The notes under the pieces: generated by a model
What the model saw: only the letters and a program-made list of their open reading frames with translations
Told to the model about the DNA's origin: nothing
Database searches by the model: none
Program-made: the position numbers and the translations under genes
NCBI GenBank assembly: GCA_016906335.1
Contig: JADEYG010000009.1
Coordinates: forward strand, 1,240,001 to 1,304,000
Direction: 5' to 3'
Source of the DNA: Novakomyces olei
Taxonomy: Eukaryota
Length of the DNA stretch: 64,000 nt
Shown here: piece after piece, positions 63,352-64,000 of the stretch
How the letters are laid out: each line of letters begins with the position of its first letter
Position numbering within the stretch: position 1 is the stretch's first letter

Positions 63352-63632
63352 AATACTTGGTGATACTTTGGTGATACTTCAGTTATACTTTAGTATACAA
63401 TAGTTATACTTTAGTTGTACTTGGTGATACTTGACACTTTGGTGATACCATCATACTTTGGTGATACCTTCATACTTTGGTGATACCTTCGTACTTTGGT
63501 GATACCTTCATACTTTGGTGATACTTGATGCTTTGGTGATACATGACACTATAGTGATACTCTGGTGATTCTTCAGTTATACTTTAGTATACGTTGGTTA
63601 TACTTTGGCGATACTTTGGCGATACCTTGGTG
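63352..63632 (+). repeat. Minisatellite of GATACTTTGGT-type 11/18-nt units upstream of enolase
   Basis: Numerous degenerate copies of (T)ACTTTGGTGATAC. Confidence 0.9.
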
Positions 63633-64000
63633 CCACTTCTAGGAACGGCCTTTCCTCATTGAGCTTTCTTTCATCAATCTCAACAAGTTTGATTAAATCG
63701 CAGATGCCAATACGAGTCTAAGCACAGAGACAGGATCGATTTTGCGCTTGCAAGACGAATTAAATCTAGTTACCAAAAGGTAGCTAAAATATCAAGTCAA
63801 AGGCAAACATTGGGTCATTTAGCTGCACGCGGCCGTCCGTTTAATAAAAGGGTACTTTATAATAATTTGTAGCACGCTTTTAGTTTCGTATTGTACAAGG
63901 TGTGCCTGACGGCACATGTAATGCTAAACAGTCTGATAGACATTTTAAACAAGTAACGTTAGTGTCTCGCCGTAACGTACTAGTCAGGGTTTTCTGTGAC

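Overview
Gene-dense, intron-containing nuclear DNA of an ascomycete fungus using the standard code (CTG falls at conserved Leu in enolase). The enolase sequence ([26 protein letters not shown]), frequent AAG acceptors and AACCCTAACCCT boxes suggest an early-diverging, Schizosaccharomyces-related Taphrinomycotina lineage; this placement is inference. I reconstructed about 25 protein genes by hand: GCV2, KIN17, LYS9, derlin, HAP5, an unknown ORF, OST3/6, RKI1, L-2-hydroxyglutarate dehydrogenase, a NIF phosphatase, RRP36, SEC62, an Ngl nuclease, PNP, MedA, RPC25, a PPR-like protein, a cPLA2, EXO70, a CRAL-TRIO protein, AcuM/Rds2, WASP, ERJ5, SET1 and enolase. Six observations stand out. (1) Set1 carries a natural Tyr->Phe at the Phe/Tyr product-specificity switch (EELSFDYKF), plus other catalytic-domain changes. 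(2) A ~2.6 kb strand-specifically AUG-depleted leader with five short uORFs precedes medA. (3) Very long (AAT)n and (AAAT)n arrays sit in promoters and terminators. (4) Telomere-like AACCCTAACCCT boxes recur in non-coding DNA. (5) Four intergenic regions are densely base-pairable candidate ncRNAs, one with telomerase-RNA-like features. (6) A solo-LTR-like element lies beside a divergent, repeat-expanded PNP. No tRNA, rRNA or CRISPR was identified. All structures and splice models were derived by eye and need computational or RNA-seq confirmation.
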